Origin: Vulcanimicrobiaceae bacterium
GTDB lineage: Bacteria; Vulcanimicrobiota; Vulcanimicrobiia; Vulcanimicrobiales; Vulcanimicrobiaceae
Length of the DNA stretch: 10,918 bases
NCBI GenBank assembly: GCA_046262595.1
Contig: JBHEMM010000057.1
Coordinates: 453-11,370, forward strand
Reading direction: 5' to 3'
Position numbers and translations under genes: made by a program. Below the pieces are notes generated by a model, which made no database searches, was not told where the DNA came from, and saw only the letters and a program-made list of their open reading frames with translations. Positions 1-7,928 of this stretch are shown here, piece after piece; position 1 is the stretch's first letter, and each line of letters begins with the position of its first letter.

Positions 1-480
1 GTTTCCGGCGACGGCAGCGTCCGCGTGCCGGTCGTGCGCAACGCGATTGCGGCGGCGGCGCGCGCTCGGGTTGCGGTGACGATCCCGGGAACCAAAGTCA
101 TCGAACTGGCGGCGGTTGGGACGCCGTGCGTTTCCTGTACCGCCTTCAACGCGCCCGAACTCATTACGATCAACGGGCCGCTCACGTACCTCAATCGTAT
201 TCCCGTCGCCGGCGCGGCAATGAAACGGGCCGTCGTCACGCGGTATGCCCGGCGCTTCACCTACCATACGCAGCCGAATATGGACGCAGAGCGCGAGTTG
301 GTGCTCGAGCTGCGCGGCACGCTCACGCCGGGGCGCGTCGCGCGCGTCGCGCTCGAGCGTTTGGACGATGCGGCGTGGCTGGAGCAGCGTTCGCAGGCGC
401 TTACGGGCCTGTATCGCGAACACGTCGGCGCGTCGGTGCGCATGGCGGCCGGCGTGCTAGCGCTGCAGCAAGCCGTATAA
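1..480 (+). CDS. LpxB-like (lipid-A-disaccharide synthase family, GT-B fold) glycosyltransferase, C-terminal part; 5' end outside window
   Basis: Frame 1 is open from base 1 to TAA at 478-480. The motifs VTIPGTKVIELAAVGTP and YHTQPNMDAERELVLEL resemble the LpxB C-terminal motifs SGTATLE..L.G.P and Y.SLPN.LA.REIVPEL. It lies directly upstream of GT9 genes. Confidence 0.65.
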   Translation, partial: VSGDGSVRVPVVRNAIAAAARARVAVTIPGTKVIELAAVGTPCVSCTAFNAPELITINGPLTYLNRIPVAGAAMKRAVVTRYARRFTYHTQPNMDAERELVLELRGTLTPGRVARVALERLDDAAWLEQRSQALTGLYREHVGASVRMAAGVLALQQAV

Positions 481-490
481 AGGGATATTC

Positions 491-1372
491 GTGCGCCTCT
501 CCGTCGTCATCGCCACCAAAGACCGTGCCGAATATTTGGACAACGCTCTGCAGTCGTTTTCCAAACAGATCGGTGCGCCGCTTTTCGAAGTCATCGTCGT
601 CGACAACGGATCGCGCGATGCAACGCCTCATATCGTCGAACGCGCGCGAGAACATTACCCCTTTGAAGTCGGTTACGTGTTCGAAGAGCGCCCGAACCGC
701 GGCGCCGCACGTAACCGCGGCATCGCCGCCGCGACCGGCCACGTAATTCTCTTTTGCGACGACGACGTGTACGCGCCGCCCGGCTTTTTGGCGGCGCACG
801 AAGCGGCGCACAGCTCGGCGAACTTGGTGGTGAGCGGCCCAATTTTGAATGTCGCCTCGTATCACGAACGTCCCAAACCCGCGATGCCGAACTACTCGCG
901 CGCGTTTTTTTGCACGTGCAACGTTTCCGTTCCCAAGGCCGCACTCGATGCGGTTGGCGGCTTCGACGAGCAATTCAACCTGTACGGCTGGGAAGACACG
1001 GAACTTGGAGTCCGTTTGCGGGAACGCGGCTTGCGCCGGAAATTCGCGTGGAATGCGCACCTTTGGCACATCAAGCCGCCGGCCGACCTGACGCTGGCAT
1101 CGGAGATGCACAAGGCGATCGAAAAGGCGCGCATGGCGGTGCGGTTCGTGCGCAAAAATCGCAGTTCGCGCGTCAAATCCGCAACCGGCGCATACCGTGT
1201 GAACCTGCTGCGCGCCAAGGCGCTGGAGCGCTCGCTGCCGTGGTTTGCCGGCGTTGCCGAAGACGCCCGCTTCCCGTCTGCCGTGCGCGCGATCGCGCGC
1301 GCGCAGCTGCTGGACGGCATTTATACGACCGAGCTCGCGCGGGAACTGCAGCGCGCAGCGCGTGCCGGCTAA
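491..1372 (+). CDS. Glycosyltransferase family 2 (GT-A fold), 293 aa
   Basis: GTG start preceded by AAGGGA. Contains LSVVIATKDR, VIVVDNGSRD, AARNRG, FCDDD (DxD) and GGFDEQF.LYGWEDTELG motifs. Confidence 0.93.
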   Translation: MRLSVVIATKDRAEYLDNALQSFSKQIGAPLFEVIVVDNGSRDATPHIVERAREHYPFEVGYVFEERPNRGAARNRGIAAATGHVILFCDDDVYAPPGFLAAHEAAHSSANLVVSGPILNVASYHERPKPAMPNYSRAFFCTCNVSVPKAALDAVGGFDEQFNLYGWEDTELGVRLRERGLRRKFAWNAHLWHIKPPADLTLASEMHKAIEKARMAVRFVRKNRSSRVKSATGAYRVNLLRAKALERSLPWFAGVAEDARFPSAVRAIARAQLLDGIYTTELARELQRAARAG

Positions 1373-2366
1373 AGCGCTTCTCTATTGTGCCGGCGGCGGC
1401 ATCGGCGATTCTTTGATGGCCTCGCTCGTGGCACGCGCGCTGCGCAGCAAGTACCAGCGCGTCGACGTTCTGACGCTTCAAGCGCACGTTGAGGCGCTGC
1501 AGCACGTACCCGACGTGGATGAGGTGTGGGCAGCGGACGACGCCTCGGACGCAGATCTCGCGCAGATGCTTCGCGCGCGCGCCTACGACGCTGCGGTAAT
1601 CACGTGGGCGTCGGTGCGTACGGCGCACGTCGCACAGCTCGCCGGCATTCCCGTGCGCGTGGGACAATCGCGCCGCTTATATTCGCACCGCTTCACGCAT
1701 CGCGTTGACGTGCGCAGCGAGCGGGGTGATGTGACGACGCATTGGTCGCAGATTTTACTTGATTACGGGCGCGCTTTAGGCTGCGATACGGCTGACGCCG
1801 TACCGCGATTCGTTCCCGATGCGCAAGACGCCGCGCAGGCGGCGCAGCTGCTCGAAAGCTTGCACGTGCAACGCTTCGTCATTCTGCATTGTGCCAATGC
1901 CGTCGCGACCCAGCGCCGCATGTGGCCCACGGCAGGATGGGCGCGGCTCGCGGCGGCGCTGCGCGAGACCTTCGCCGTTCCCGTGCTGCTCAGCGGCAGC
2001 GCCGCCGATGCGCCGATCGCGCGCGACGTGTCGGCGGCAAGCGGTGCGATCGATATTGCCGGCAGGCTCGGCATCGGTGCTTTCGGCGCGCTGGCCGCAC
2101 GCAGCGTGCTGTTCGCCGGCATAACGACCGGCACGATGCACGTCGCGGCAGCGGCGGGCGCGCCCGTCGCCGGCATCTTTCCCTTTCAGACCGACACGCC
2201 GGATCGCTGGGCGCCTTTGGGCGCGCGCACGGCGGTCGTGCGCGCCACCTATCCGTGCGGTAAGGGCGAGCGCAAGGAAACGTGCCGTACCTACGCATGC
2301 ATCGATGCGCTCGACGTGCCGCGCATTTTGGCGGCGGCGCGCTCGGTCGCAGGAAGTCCGGCATGA
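1362..2366 (+). CDS. Glycosyltransferase family 9 (ADP-heptose:LPS heptosyltransferase-like), 334 aa
   Basis: Start reassigned to GTG at 1362 (11-nt overlap with the upstream gene) rather than 1245. Contains GGIGDSLMAS, PDVDEV, R.WP..GW..L, TTGTMHVAAA.GAP..GIF and RWAPLG motifs typical of GT9. Confidence 0.9.
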   Translation: MPAKALLYCAGGGIGDSLMASLVARALRSKYQRVDVLTLQAHVEALQHVPDVDEVWAADDASDADLAQMLRARAYDAAVITWASVRTAHVAQLAGIPVRVGQSRRLYSHRFTHRVDVRSERGDVTTHWSQILLDYGRALGCDTADAVPRFVPDAQDAAQAAQLLESLHVQRFVILHCANAVATQRRMWPTAGWARLAAALRETFAVPVLLSGSAADAPIARDVSAASGAIDIAGRLGIGAFGALAARSVLFAGITTGTMHVAAAAGAPVAGIFPFQTDTPDRWAPLGARTAVVRATYPCGKGERKETCRTYACIDALDVPRILAAARSVAGSPA

Positions 2367-3259
2367 GGGCCACGATTCAGCTGTGCACGTACAACCGCGC
2401 GCGTTTGCTCGAGCGCGTGCTCGACGCCTGTTTTGAACAGACCGCATGCGGCGCGTACGAAGTGGTGCTCGTGAACGACGGGTCAACGGACGACACGGCG
2501 CGCGTCATCGAGCGCGCGAAGATGCGGGCGACATGTCCCTTCGCCGTCATCGATCAAGTGAATTCGGGTTTGGCCGCCGGCCGGAACGCCGGTATCGCGC
2601 GCGCGAGCGGAGAGCGCATCATCTTCATCGACGACGACGTCTTGCCGATTCCCACGTTCGTGGCCGAGCATCTGCGTTCGCACGAGCGTTTTGCGCTGCG
2701 CGTCGTCAGGGGCGGCGCGATCAACGTCGAAACATTCGACGACCTGCCGCCGCCGGTCTGGTCGCTCAAACATTACAGCGGCAACTTTTTCTGGACCACC
2801 AACGTGTCCGTGCCGCTTGCGGCCATTCGCGCCATCGGCGGCTTCAACACCACATTCGCCGAATACGGATGGGAAGACATCGACGTCGGCCTGCGTCTGC
2901 GCTTCGCAGGCGTGAAGGCGGCATTCAACAAGCGCGCGCTGGTGTATCACTACAAGCCGCGGCCCAAGCGCGCCGACGTTCCCGGCATGATCCGTCAGGC
3001 GCAAGCGCAGGCGCGGACTGCGGTGCAGCTGGGGCAAATGCATCCGCATTGGCGCACGGCGCTGGCAACGGGCGATTTTCCCGCAAACGAGCTGCTGCAC
3101 CGCTGGGCGAACGCGCGCAAGCCGCCGCCGGCGCTGGAAGCGTTTTTGAACGGTCCACAGGACCTCTCCGGTCGCGAGCTGCGCACCGCGCGCGCCCTGG
3201 CGTCGCGCGCATACTACGAAGAGCTGCACCGTGCACATTCTGCTCGCGCGAACGGATAG
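2363..3259 (+). CDS. Glycosyltransferase family 2, 298 aa
   Basis: ATG at 2363 in an ATGA overlap with the upstream stop, with AGGAAG at 2351-2356. Contains CTYNR, VLVNDGSTD, AAGRNAG, FIDDD and YGWEDIDVG motifs. Confidence 0.93.
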   Translation: MRATIQLCTYNRARLLERVLDACFEQTACGAYEVVLVNDGSTDDTARVIERAKMRATCPFAVIDQVNSGLAAGRNAGIARASGERIIFIDDDVLPIPTFVAEHLRSHERFALRVVRGGAINVETFDDLPPPVWSLKHYSGNFFWTTNVSVPLAAIRAIGGFNTTFAEYGWEDIDVGLRLRFAGVKAAFNKRALVYHYKPRPKRADVPGMIRQAQAQARTAVQLGQMHPHWRTALATGDFPANELLHRWANARKPPPALEAFLNGPQDLSGRELRTARALASRAYYEELHRAHSARANG

Positions 3260-4214
3260 AATCGGCGACCTCATCCTTTCCACGCCCGCGATAGCGACCG
3301 TGCGCGCTTCGTATCCGCAGGCGCGCATCACGATGGTGTGCACGCCGTATAACCGCATCGTGATGGAGCGCAACACCGACGTGGACGAGATCGTCGAATT
3401 GCCGCCCCAGGCGGCACCGCACCGGGTCGGTGAGCGTTTCCGCGGGGTGGACATCGCCGTCGCGCTCGCGCCCCGTACCGCCGACCTGCGCATCGCCGGC
3501 GCGACGCGCGCGCCCGTGCGCGTGGGTTACACGTACGTGCGCCGCTGGATGACACGGTTGGCGCTGCCGCTGCACGTCAACCGCGTGATGATCTCCGAGG
3601 CGGACCCGGCGCTCGCCGACCGCAACCCCCACCGGCACGTGCGTCACGAAGTCAACCAGCTGCTCGACCTCGTCGCACTTGCGGGCGCGAACGATCGCCG
3701 GCATGCGCTGCGTCTGGATATTACGCCGCAGGACCGCGAGGCGATCGCGTATCTCCCGCGCGATCCGCTGGTCTTGCATTTGGGCGAGCGCTGGTTCACG
3801 ACGGGCAGCACGCTGCAGTCGACGCTCGAACTGATGCGGATGCTGCGGGACTTCGGCGTTCCGTTGGTCGTGACGTATGCCCCGGAATGCGAACGCTACG
3901 TGCATGCGATCGCCGGTTCCCGAACGGCGGACGTGCTGCTGGGCGGTTTGCCGTTTCACCGTTGGGCTGCCGTGTTCGAACGGGCCTGTGCGATCGTCAC
4001 CGTGGACACGGGTGCGACGCACGTCGCAAGCGCGATGCGCAGGCCAACCGTGGTCGCTTTCGAACACCGCTATTTCCGTTTGAACTCGCAGGAATGGGCG
4101 CCGTACGGCGTTCCCGGCGCGCTCATTCAAAAACCTGCGCGCGAGTCGCCCGAGGCGCTCGCGCACTTCCGCGAAGCGATCAGGGATGCCGTAAGCCGAC
4201 TGATACATGCTTGA
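3231..4214 (+). CDS. Glycosyltransferase family 9 (heptosyltransferase-like), 327 aa
   Basis: GTG start overlapping the previous gene by 29 nt. Contains ILLARTDRIGDLILSTP, DVDEI, HEV, DTGATHVASA..RPTV and WAPYG motifs. Confidence 0.92.
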   Translation: MHILLARTDRIGDLILSTPAIATVRASYPQARITMVCTPYNRIVMERNTDVDEIVELPPQAAPHRVGERFRGVDIAVALAPRTADLRIAGATRAPVRVGYTYVRRWMTRLALPLHVNRVMISEADPALADRNPHRHVRHEVNQLLDLVALAGANDRRHALRLDITPQDREAIAYLPRDPLVLHLGERWFTTGSTLQSTLELMRMLRDFGVPLVVTYAPECERYVHAIAGSRTADVLLGGLPFHRWAAVFERACAIVTVDTGATHVASAMRRPTVVAFEHRYFRLNSQEWAPYGVPGALIQKPARESPEALAHFREAIRDAVSRLIHA

Positions 4215-5106
4215 ACTTTCCGTCGTCATTCCGACGTACAACCGCTTGGACACGCTGCGGCATGTCGTTCCGACGCTGCTGGCGCAGAGCGTCGCGCACG
4301 AGAGCTACGAGCTGCTGATCTGCGACTCCAACTCGACCGACGGCACCGCGGCCTACCTCGCTTCCATCACCGCCGATCATCCCAACGTGCGTCATCTTCC
4401 CGGCGCTTACAGCGGACGCGCGATGGCGCGCAACGCGGGGATCGCTCGTGCGCAAGGCTCCGTGGTGCTGTTCAACGACTCCGACATTTTGGCCGATCCC
4501 AACCTGTTTGAAGCGCATGTACGCCGGCATCGCGAACGTAGCGGTATTGCAGTCGTCGGCTGGGAAGTGCAGGTTGCGAACCTTGAGGAGTATGCGCGCA
4601 AACGCGATGACGCGGCGCTGCGCGGCTCGCTGCATCGGCCCTCGCGCAAAACACTGAGCTGGCTCTATTTTCTGACGGGAAACGCCTCCGTGCGGCGTAG
4701 CGATCTCCTGAGCGTTGGCGCCTTCGACGAATCGTTCACCGGTTACGGGCACGAAGATTTGGAGCTCGGCTACCGACTGCAGAAAGCGGGCATCACCATT
4801 CACTACGAGCCGAGCGCGGTCAATTATCATTGCCAGGACGTCGCGTACGGCGATCAAATCGAGAAGATGAAGCTTGCCGGCCGCTCCACGGTGCGGTTTT
4901 ACCGCAAACACCCCCATTTCGCCGTCATGGCGAATCTGGGAATGACGCCGGTGTCGCTGGGTTTGCATTCCACGCTATCGCGCCTGCCCTGGGTGCTGGG
5001 TTACTTCGACAAACGCGCCGGCGAATCGAAGTTCGCCCGTGATGTCGTGCAGCAATATTACTACCTTTCCGGAGTCAAACAGGCGTTGGGAGAAGCAAAA
5101 GAATGA
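4207..5106 (+). CDS. Glycosyltransferase family 2, 299 aa
   Basis: 8-nt overlap with the upstream gene. Contains LSVVIPTYNR, CDSNSTDGT, ARNAG, FNDSD (DxD), TGNASVRR and FDESFTGYGHEDLELGYRL motifs. Confidence 0.93.
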   Translation: MLELSVVIPTYNRLDTLRHVVPTLLAQSVAHESYELLICDSNSTDGTAAYLASITADHPNVRHLPGAYSGRAMARNAGIARAQGSVVLFNDSDILADPNLFEAHVRRHRERSGIAVVGWEVQVANLEEYARKRDDAALRGSLHRPSRKTLSWLYFLTGNASVRRSDLLSVGAFDESFTGYGHEDLELGYRLQKAGITIHYEPSAVNYHCQDVAYGDQIEKMKLAGRSTVRFYRKHPHFAVMANLGMTPVSLGLHSTLSRLPWVLGYFDKRAGESKFARDVVQQYYYLSGVKQALGEAKE

Positions 5107-6857
5107 ACGTGCTTGCCAGAAAGTCCTGCGGCGCGCTTCGCGCGGCAGATGCGGGCAGCATCGTCGAGTTGAACGGCTGGGTGAACCGCCGTCGCGACCA
5201 CGGCGGACTCATCTTTCTCGATCTGCGCGATCGCGACGGCATCACCCAGATCGTCGTCGATCCGCAGCATGCCTCGTTTAAGCAGGCCGAGCAGCTGCGG
5301 AACGAAGACGTCGTGCGCGTCCGCGGCACGGTGCGATTGCGTCCGGCCGGAACGCAGAACGAGAAGCTGCTTACGGGATCCGTGGAAGTGGGCGTCGACG
5401 AATTGGACATCCTCAACCACTCGCTGGTTCCGCCGTTCCCCGTCAACAATGATGACGACGTTGACGAGCAGCTGCGGATGGAGTACCGCTTTTTGGATCT
5501 GCGGCGCCCCAGGCTCCAGCGCAACATCGCTGCCCGGCACAAGATCGTCAAGGCGCTGCGCGACTTTTTCGACGAGCGGGATTTTCTGGAAATCGAAACG
5601 CCCATGCTGATTAAGTCCACTCCTGAAGGCGCGCGCGATTATCTGGTGCCCAGCCGGCTGTATCACGAAAACTTCTATGCGCTTCCGCAGTCCCCGCAGC
5701 TCCTCAAGCAGATCCTGATGATTGCCGGTTTTGGCCGGTACATGCAGATCGCGCGATGCATGCGCGACGAGGATCAGCGCGCGGACCGTCAGCCCGAGTT
5801 CACCCAAATCGACGTCGAGATATCGTTTGCGGCGCAAGAAGACGTGCTGCAGCTGATGGAAGCGGCGATCCGCTACACGTGGAAGCGCGCCTTGGACGCG
5901 GACCTGCCGCCGTTTCCGCGTCTTTCGCACCAAGACGCGCTCGCGCGGTACGGCAGCGACAAGCCCGATCTGCGCTTCGGCCTGGAGCTGAGCGAGGTCA
6001 ACGATGTTTTCGCCGCGACGGAGTTTGCCGTCTTCAAGTCCGTGATCGACGCGAAAGGAGCGGTCGTCGCATTGCGCTATCCGGGCGGTGCGGCGCTTTC
6101 GCGGCGCGATTTCGACGCGCTCACCGAGCTTGCAAAACAAAGCGGCGCCAAGGGGATGGTCTGGATCGCGCTTGGAGCGGACGGCGCGAGGAGCTCCGCC
6201 GCAAAGTTCATCGCAGAAGACGCGATCGCTGCGCTGCGCGAACGCACGCTCGCGCAGACGGGTGACGCAATCCTTCTGTTTGCCGACGCGCGCGCCGCTT
6301 CGCTTGCAGCAGCCGGAAAGATGCGCAACGAAATCGGCGAGCGCTGCGGTATGCGCGATCCGTCCGCATTCGCATTTGCCTGGGTGACCGGCTTCCCGCT
6401 GTTCGAAAAAGATGAAGAAACCGGAAGGCCGGTGCCGGCGCATCATCCGTTCACGGCGCCGCAGCCGGGCCAGTGGGATGCGATCGATTCCGATCCGCTG
6501 AGCATGCGCGCGCAGCATTACGACATGGTGCTCAACGGCTACGAATTGGGCAGCGGATCGATCCGCATTCATCAGCCGGAGTATCAACGCAAGATCTTCA
6601 CGATGCTGGGGATGAGCGCACAACAAATCGACGACCGCTTCGGGTTTTTCATGCGCGCGCTCGAATACGGCGCGCCCCCGCACGGCGGAATGGCGCTCGG
6701 CATCGATCGCATCGTCATGCTGGCCGTCGGCGAGACCGCTATCCGCGACGTCATCGCGTTTCCGAAGAACCAGCTGGCGCGCGATGTGATGATGGATGCC
6801 CCCTCGCCGGTACCCGACCGTCTCATGCGCGACCTGGGGTTGACTTCGCGGTCCTAG
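5103..6857 (+). CDS. aspS: Aspartate--tRNA ligase (bacterial type, probably non-discriminating Asp/Asn), 584 aa
   Basis: Contains GWV.RRRDHGGLIFLDLRD, ETPML.KSTPEGARDYLVPSR, ALPQSPQL.KQ, RDED.RADRQPEFTQ, YGSDKPDLR, HHPFT and GAPPHGG.A.G.DR. ATGA overlap with the upstream GT2. Confidence 0.99.
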   Translation: MNVLARKSCGALRAADAGSIVELNGWVNRRRDHGGLIFLDLRDRDGITQIVVDPQHASFKQAEQLRNEDVVRVRGTVRLRPAGTQNEKLLTGSVEVGVDELDILNHSLVPPFPVNNDDDVDEQLRMEYRFLDLRRPRLQRNIAARHKIVKALRDFFDERDFLEIETPMLIKSTPEGARDYLVPSRLYHENFYALPQSPQLLKQILMIAGFGRYMQIARCMRDEDQRADRQPEFTQIDVEISFAAQEDVLQLMEAAIRYTWKRALDADLPPFPRLSHQDALARYGSDKPDLRFGLELSEVNDVFAATEFAVFKSVIDAKGAVVALRYPGGAALSRRDFDALTELAKQSGAKGMVWIALGADGARSSAAKFIAEDAIAALRERTLAQTGDAILLFADARAASLAAAGKMRNEIGERCGMRDPSAFAFAWVTGFPLFEKDEETGRPVPAHHPFTAPQPGQWDAIDSDPLSMRAQHYDMVLNGYELGSGSIRIHQPEYQRKIFTMLGMSAQQIDDRFGFFMRALEYGAPPHGGMALGIDRIVMLAVGETAIRDVIAFPKNQLARDVMMDAPSPVPDRLMRDLGLTSRS

Positions 6858-6867
6858 CGGCCGATAC

Positions 6868-6874
6868 AAGGAGG
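6868..6874 (+). promoter_or_regulatory. Shine-Dalgarno sequence for the 6884 ORF
   Basis: AAGGAGG located 9 nt upstream of ATG 6884. Confidence 0.8.
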
Positions 6875-6883
6875 GTGCATTCG

Positions 6884-7240
6884 ATGCGTCTCGCGATTGC
6901 CGGCGTGCTTGCCCTGCTGGCCGGCGCGGCTCTTTTTAGTTTAGGTCACGGTACTGCCACCGCGCAGCGTCCCTGCCGCGCGCTGCTCGTTTCGCGCGCC
7001 GGCGCCACGTATCGCGTTCTGTTCGCGAAAAATGGTACGGTGCAGCAATATCTCTTGGTGCGCGGTACGGGCAACACGGAAAACGATCACGATACACTTG
7101 TCGCCCTGCAGGCGGAGTACGGGCCGGAAGCGGTGAACGCGCCGCCCTTACGCGTCTTGCGTTACCGCGAAGCGGGCGGCGGCCTGCGCGTTCCGGTCAA
7201 AGCGATCGACTCGTGCGGCCGCATCAGCTCCTTCAACTGA
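6884..7240 (+). CDS. Hypothetical secreted protein, 118 aa, with a possible TonB C-terminal-like motif
   Basis: Strong SD sequence. Signal peptide MRLAIAGVLALLAGAALFSLGHGTATA ends in A-x-A. Two Cys (C31, C111). It fills the gap between aspS and udgB. The longer 6473 start is rejected because it lies inside aspS. Confidence 0.8.
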   Translation: MRLAIAGVLALLAGAALFSLGHGTATAQRPCRALLVSRAGATYRVLFAKNGTVQQYLLVRGTGNTENDHDTLVALQAEYGPEAVNAPPLRVLRYREAGGGLRVPVKAIDSCGRISSFN

Positions 7241-7928
7241 GCAGCGAGCGTGCGCGCGTGAAGATATCATCGAACATGTCCCGCGTTAGCTTTCCCGTAT
7301 TCGTGTTCTGCCGGCTCGGATGGAAGGATGCGATCACGGCGATCGCGCGCTCGCCGCGGCGTGCATGGAGCTCCGCCCCATGCCCGAACTTCCATACGCG
7401 CCGCTCGAACGAAAAATCGAGTTCACGCAAGGCGCGCAACGCCGCCTTCGTGCCGATCGCGCCCAGGCCGACGACCACTTGCAGCCGCTCCATGACGCGC
7501 AGCTCTTCCACCAGGTAGGGAAAACAACGCCGCAGCTGCGCGGGCGAGGGTTTGTTGCCCGGCGGCGCACAGCGCAGTGCCGCGGTGATCGTGCAGTCGC
7601 TCAGCTCAACGCCGTCTTCGCGCGAGAGCGCAAACGGACGGTTCGCAAAACCGGCGCGGTGCAGCGCCGGGTAAAGAAAATCTCCGGAGGAATCGCCCGT
7701 GAACATGCGGCCCGTGCGGTTGCTTCCATGAGCGCCCGGAGCCAAGCCAACCAGCGCTACACGCGCGTTTCCATCGCCGAACGCCGGAACGGGCCTGCCC
7801 CAATATTCCCAGTCGCGGTATGCGCGTTTCTTCTCGCACGCGACTTGCGCGCAGTAGGCGCGCAGCTCGGGGCACCGCGCGCAGCGCACCACCGCCTGCT
7901 GAATCGCCTGGAAGGACCGCGCGCGCAC
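7233..7928 (-). CDS. udgB: Uracil-DNA glycosylase family 5 (4Fe-4S), 231 aa
   Basis: Family-5 motif GLAPGAHGSNRTGRMFTGD. Also CxxC (CARC), RCAPPGNKP.....RRC and HPSRQNTNTG. GTG start in a TAGTG overlap with the trmL stop. Confidence 0.95.
   Translation of the reverse strand: MRARSFQAIQQAVVRCARCPELRAYCAQVACEKKRAYRDWEYWGRPVPAFGDGNARVALVGLAPGAHGSNRTGRMFTGDSSGDFLYPALHRAGFANRPFALSREDGVELSDCTITAALRCAPPGNKPSPAQLRRCFPYLVEELRVMERLQVVVGLGAIGTKAALRALRELDFSFERRVWKFGHGAELHARRGERAIAVIASFHPSRQNTNTGKLTRDMFDDIFTRARSLLS

Noticed and set aside
1245..1361. Longer ORF-finder starts for the GT9 (1245) and GT2 (2282) genes
   Set aside because: Family homology begins at 1362 and 2363, where short stop/start overlaps occur.
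2925..4253. 442-aa minus-strand ORF opposite the second GT9 (also 401-1111, 2483-3493 and 4180-4968)
   Set aside because: Antisense shadow ORFs of clear glycosyltransferase genes, with Arg/Ala-rich non-protein-like composition.
5061..6869. 602-aa antisense ORF spanning aspS (reminiscent of sense/antisense aaRS coding ideas)
   Set aside because: It is in exact codon register with aspS. Rarity of TTA/CTA/TCA codons in a GC-rich gene removes antisense stops. No class I motifs (HIGH/KMSKS) or other recognisable domain are present.
6473..6883. N-terminal extension of the 6473..7240 ORF
   Set aside because: Overlaps aspS in another frame. The SD sequence and signal peptide indicate the true start at 6884.
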